DNA of 62,856 bases, the filler included. It is 5 parts of 5 records of this genome, joined end to end, with 100 filler letters (N's around TTAATTAATTAA, not from the genome) between each part and the next. Parts side by side here need not be neighbours in the genome. Positions count along the whole stretch, not along the records: positions 56,891 to 62,856 come from SRR2962707_2327; 4 more parts are not named here. The stretch is one strand, 5' to 3'. Below, one piece after another: positions 59,651-62,856 of the stretch. Under the pieces are notes generated by a model, which was not told the origin of the DNA, made no database searches, and saw only the letters and a list, made by a program, of their open reading frames with translations. How positions within the stretch are numbered: the stretch's first letter is position 1; each line of letters starts with the position of its first letter. Position numbers and translations under genes: made by a program.

Positions 59651-62358
59651 TCAGGTGCCAGTTCTAATGGGGCGAATAATCACTGCCACGCTCTCGAGAT
59701 ACTTTTGACGTACATCCAGCCACTTCTCCCGTTCGCGAATTCCTTTCACAGTTAGTCCCCGTCCACTCGCCGTGGCATTCACATCGTGCACAGCCTGCAC
59801 TAGTGCATCTACATTTATAGACAAATCATCAACGTTATTCACGTGCCATAGAATGGGGCAATCAACACTGCAAGCCCATTCGACAAAACGAACCGAACAT
59901 GGGTAATTGAGTCCGCAAAGTGGGCATTTGCCGGCTGAAGCCATCGCGCAAAACGTTCGTAATTAGGACAAAGGTGCAACCGTGGGTGTGTAAGCAGAGA
60001 CAAGAGCGCAGGCAGACATCAATAGTGCAAGCATGTCGCAAAGTGCACAAAGGCTTCCTGTTCTCCAACCAAGCATTGCGTCCTAACTCACGTTGTGGAA
60101 AGCCGCAGTGAACCGGTAGTCATCTTTGGCGCACAACACCACGCGGCACAAGGAAGTCACAGCGAGTGTTACAAGCAACAACAACATTTTTCCAAAGTTG
60201 ACGCCAGAAAGCAAAAAAAGGCAAACACACCGTTTGCAGCAATCATGTAGTAGTCTGCATTGCGACCCAGCATTTGTCGTATTTCAGCCTGGCAACGTCG
60301 CAACAACCGGTCAACTACGCGTCAACAACGTACTCGTTGCTGATCAATCATCATTCACTACCAGCTGTTTTAGTGAGCAACAGCAATCAAAGACGGACAC
60401 TTTACAAAACTTACCTCCGTGAACACGATGTAGTGCTTCAAGAAATTGGACGTTTGACCGTAGCCGACATAACTTCCTTGCCCCGCGTCGCCTGATGCAG
60501 CGCTAGTCTGCAAGAACACTTGAAGGCGTTCTTTCAAGGACTCATCATCAAATGTGCGCGGTGCAACGGGCTTGTGATTTCGCAGCCGCGAGAGAACGTG
60601 TGCCTGGTGCTCTTGCGCTTGAATTTGAAGCAGAGACAGAACTGCCGTTTCAACAGATGCAAGGTAATCTTGGCCAGACGGGTCCTCGCGACTGCTGCTC
60701 TTTTGGCCGATGTAGCTGGCATTGCGCTGTCTATTACTGGACTTTGACAGAGGTGGCAAAACCCACTTACGCAGTGGCGCTGTCCAGTTCACAATTGCGT
60801 GAAATAGTCTGTCCACAAATGTTTCTGTATCTTGAATCCCGACACAATTTGCTCGGCCGTAATGTCGTAGATTGTGAAATCCCTCCTCATGGTCACTTGC
60901 AAAAGCATGACTCTTAGGGTGCAAACGCCGACGTGTTGCGTCGACCGAATGACTGTAGTTTGCAAACAAAATGGAGCCGGGCCGAGCACAGAGAATGCTG
61001 GCCTGACTATGATTGGCTAATCGTCGCAACTCTGGTGATGTGACGGCTGACAAGTTGAGTAGGTCGAACATGCGGGAAGCTGATGGCTTGGCAATATTGG
61101 ACGCAGCTGAAGTGCCTACTTGTGGAGGCCGACGCGTGACCTTGTGCACACTAGGCCTTGTGACAGGCTGTGCAGTTCCAACCCCAGTGCGCCTGCCAAT
61201 GACGACGTGTGGCAGTGACGTTGGTGACAAAATGCTGCCCGATTCGTGCGTAATCCCACCACCTTCAAACAATCTCCGCTTCTTGGCTGCATGACCGTCG
61301 CTCGAGACTACCTTGCTATTGGGCGAAACTGCCGCCCTGTGCACATATGTTGACAGTGGTTTGTTAAATGAAGGCCTGTGCACGGCTTCCATCAAACGTT
61401 CTGCATCCGGCACAGGAGTCAAGTCAGTACGAGGCGGGGATACAGAGAGCGCAAGCGCAGAAAGTCCATCAAAGCGGTCTTCGTGTGACTCCATTCTCAT
61501 TGGTTGCTTCTTTCGAAAGAGAGCGGGGCTCGGCGCGGGCACACTGTATCTAGACTCTAGTGGTGGGAAAGTCGGGACATGCCCGCGGGCGTTCAAGCCA
61601 AGCGACGATGCGGTTCCGCTCACGGCCGGCTGTTTGGCAACTGCTGGAGTTGGCTTTTCCTCAAGCATACCCTCGACGTCTTCATTGTCGTGCTTATTGG
61701 CGTCAATCGCAACGCGTTGAGCACCAAGTCCACCACGTTCATCAGCATCTACGTTGGTATTGTCATCGTCGTCAACATCGCCAGTAACATCTGCAGTGTC
61801 TGCCGGTCTGTGGGCACGATTGCGATCTTGGGTTCCTACGTTGTTACGTTCTTCAAAATACGCAGCGTTGGGAAAACCATTGGCCTCGCCAACCGAGTTG
61901 CGGCGTTCTGTATCCCGAGCGTTGCCAACAGCGTCCAATAAGGCCAATCTGTCGCCTTGCCGTGGTGACTGGTACTCCTCGATCTCCAAAAATTCGCCAA
62001 TATACTTATTTGCCTTCACTTTCAACGCCTCGCGGTCTTCGTGGCCGGGGGTGAATCCAACGCACTCCCCGTTCCCGTTGCAGTCCTCTCCGTCTCGGTA
62101 GGCGACCATCGAACAGCAGGCACCGCCTTTGATGGGAGGAGTGGGGCCTTCTTTGCAACCGCATCTCCGCGCATTTTTCACGAACGGGTTCAGGCTCCTG
62201 CACCACGAAGGAGCAAGATCCACGGACTCACTCGCCGAATCGTGGCTTTCGGAGGATTGCCTGCTGGAGAGCAGCCTGCGGTTCGCTGCTAATCTCACAG
62301 CCGCGGAGGGAGTGCAACAGAACACCAAGATCAACAACAGGATCCCCGAGCACGACAT
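59651..62358 (-). CDS. Eukaryotic hypothetical protein with signal peptide, Cys-rich N-domain and disordered middle
   Basis: Long first exon 62358-60415 ending at GAG|GTAAGT, with further short exons to about 59651. The 3' end is uncertain. Confidence 0.55.
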
Positions 62359-62856
62359 TTCCGGACACGTTGGCTGGAGAATGCATCACATGCGCCCTGC
62401 TGGCACTGCGATGTCCTACATCAGCTAATTGGGTGCAAAAACAAAAACAAAACAAGCAAACAAACAAACAAACGAAACCAACAGAGACTCAGGGTTTGGC
62501 GCGAATACGAATGCAAGACGAAGGACAAAAAGAAAAAAAGACCGAGCATCCAGCACCACCAATTGCAGTACAGCGTGCCACTGTGCACGACAAGGCGACA
62601 AATAGACAACTCCGCCGGCGAAACAGCCTCGCACCCTTATTAAGGCCAGAAAAGTGTGACATCGTGACTGCAGCAGGAGGCTCAGCTGTGGCTGCGGTGT
62701 CCTCCACACCGAACGTGGAGAAGCTCACGGCAAGCGACCAAACCAGCGCGGCTCGAAAGTCGGGAAAGTCGAAGAGAGTTCGGAGTCGAAAGTGTTGAAG
62801 TATGCGGGCGAGCGTGACCAACCAACCATCCACCCACCCACCCACTCACTCACTCA

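Noticed and set aside
62370-62798. 142-aa plus-strand ORF at the end of the window
   Set aside because: Includes (CAAA)n microsatellite-coded residues and no recognisable domain; support is insufficient.

Overview
The window is not one locus. Five unrelated contigs are joined by 100-nt artificial linkers (N44-TTAATTAATTAA-N44). (1) 1-26541 is a high-GC alphaproteobacterium (Rhizobiales-like). It carries three orphan TadG/vWA pilus proteins with CtrA-like boxes, sodB, two c-type cytochromes, ptrB, AraC and PecS/PecM modules, a frameshifted MgtC/DUF4010 gene, a dltABC-like operon without dltD, a Pro-tailed secreted uORF before an L,D-transpeptidase, and betI-betC. (2) 26642-39808 is a Bacteroidota core region: pdxA, rsmA, mgtE, greA with a leader terminator, HIT, a 59-aa ORF missed by the ORF track among REP-like palindromes, ruvC, an envelope/PP2C operon, tatD and an asparaginase. 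(3) 39909-50030 is an intron-rich eukaryote with a coiled-coil+PH protein, a tandem two-domain NEET protein, a sulfotransferase and a GT2-TPR protein. (4) 50131-56790 is a second alphaproteobacterium (Rhodospirillales-like). It has a ~5-kb integrase-less Gtr/Arn-like glycosylation+amidation islet bounded by a 31-bp direct repeat of the 3' end of a class II DAHP synthase gene. (5) 56891-62856 is another eukaryotic contig with a coiled-coil gene and a large secreted hypothetical gene. The best leads are the DAHP-synthase-anchored islet, the RPP-tailed candidate arrest peptide, the dltD-less Dlt-like system and the single-chain tandem NEET. Taxonomic and family calls come from recognising motifs by eye; no database searches were run.
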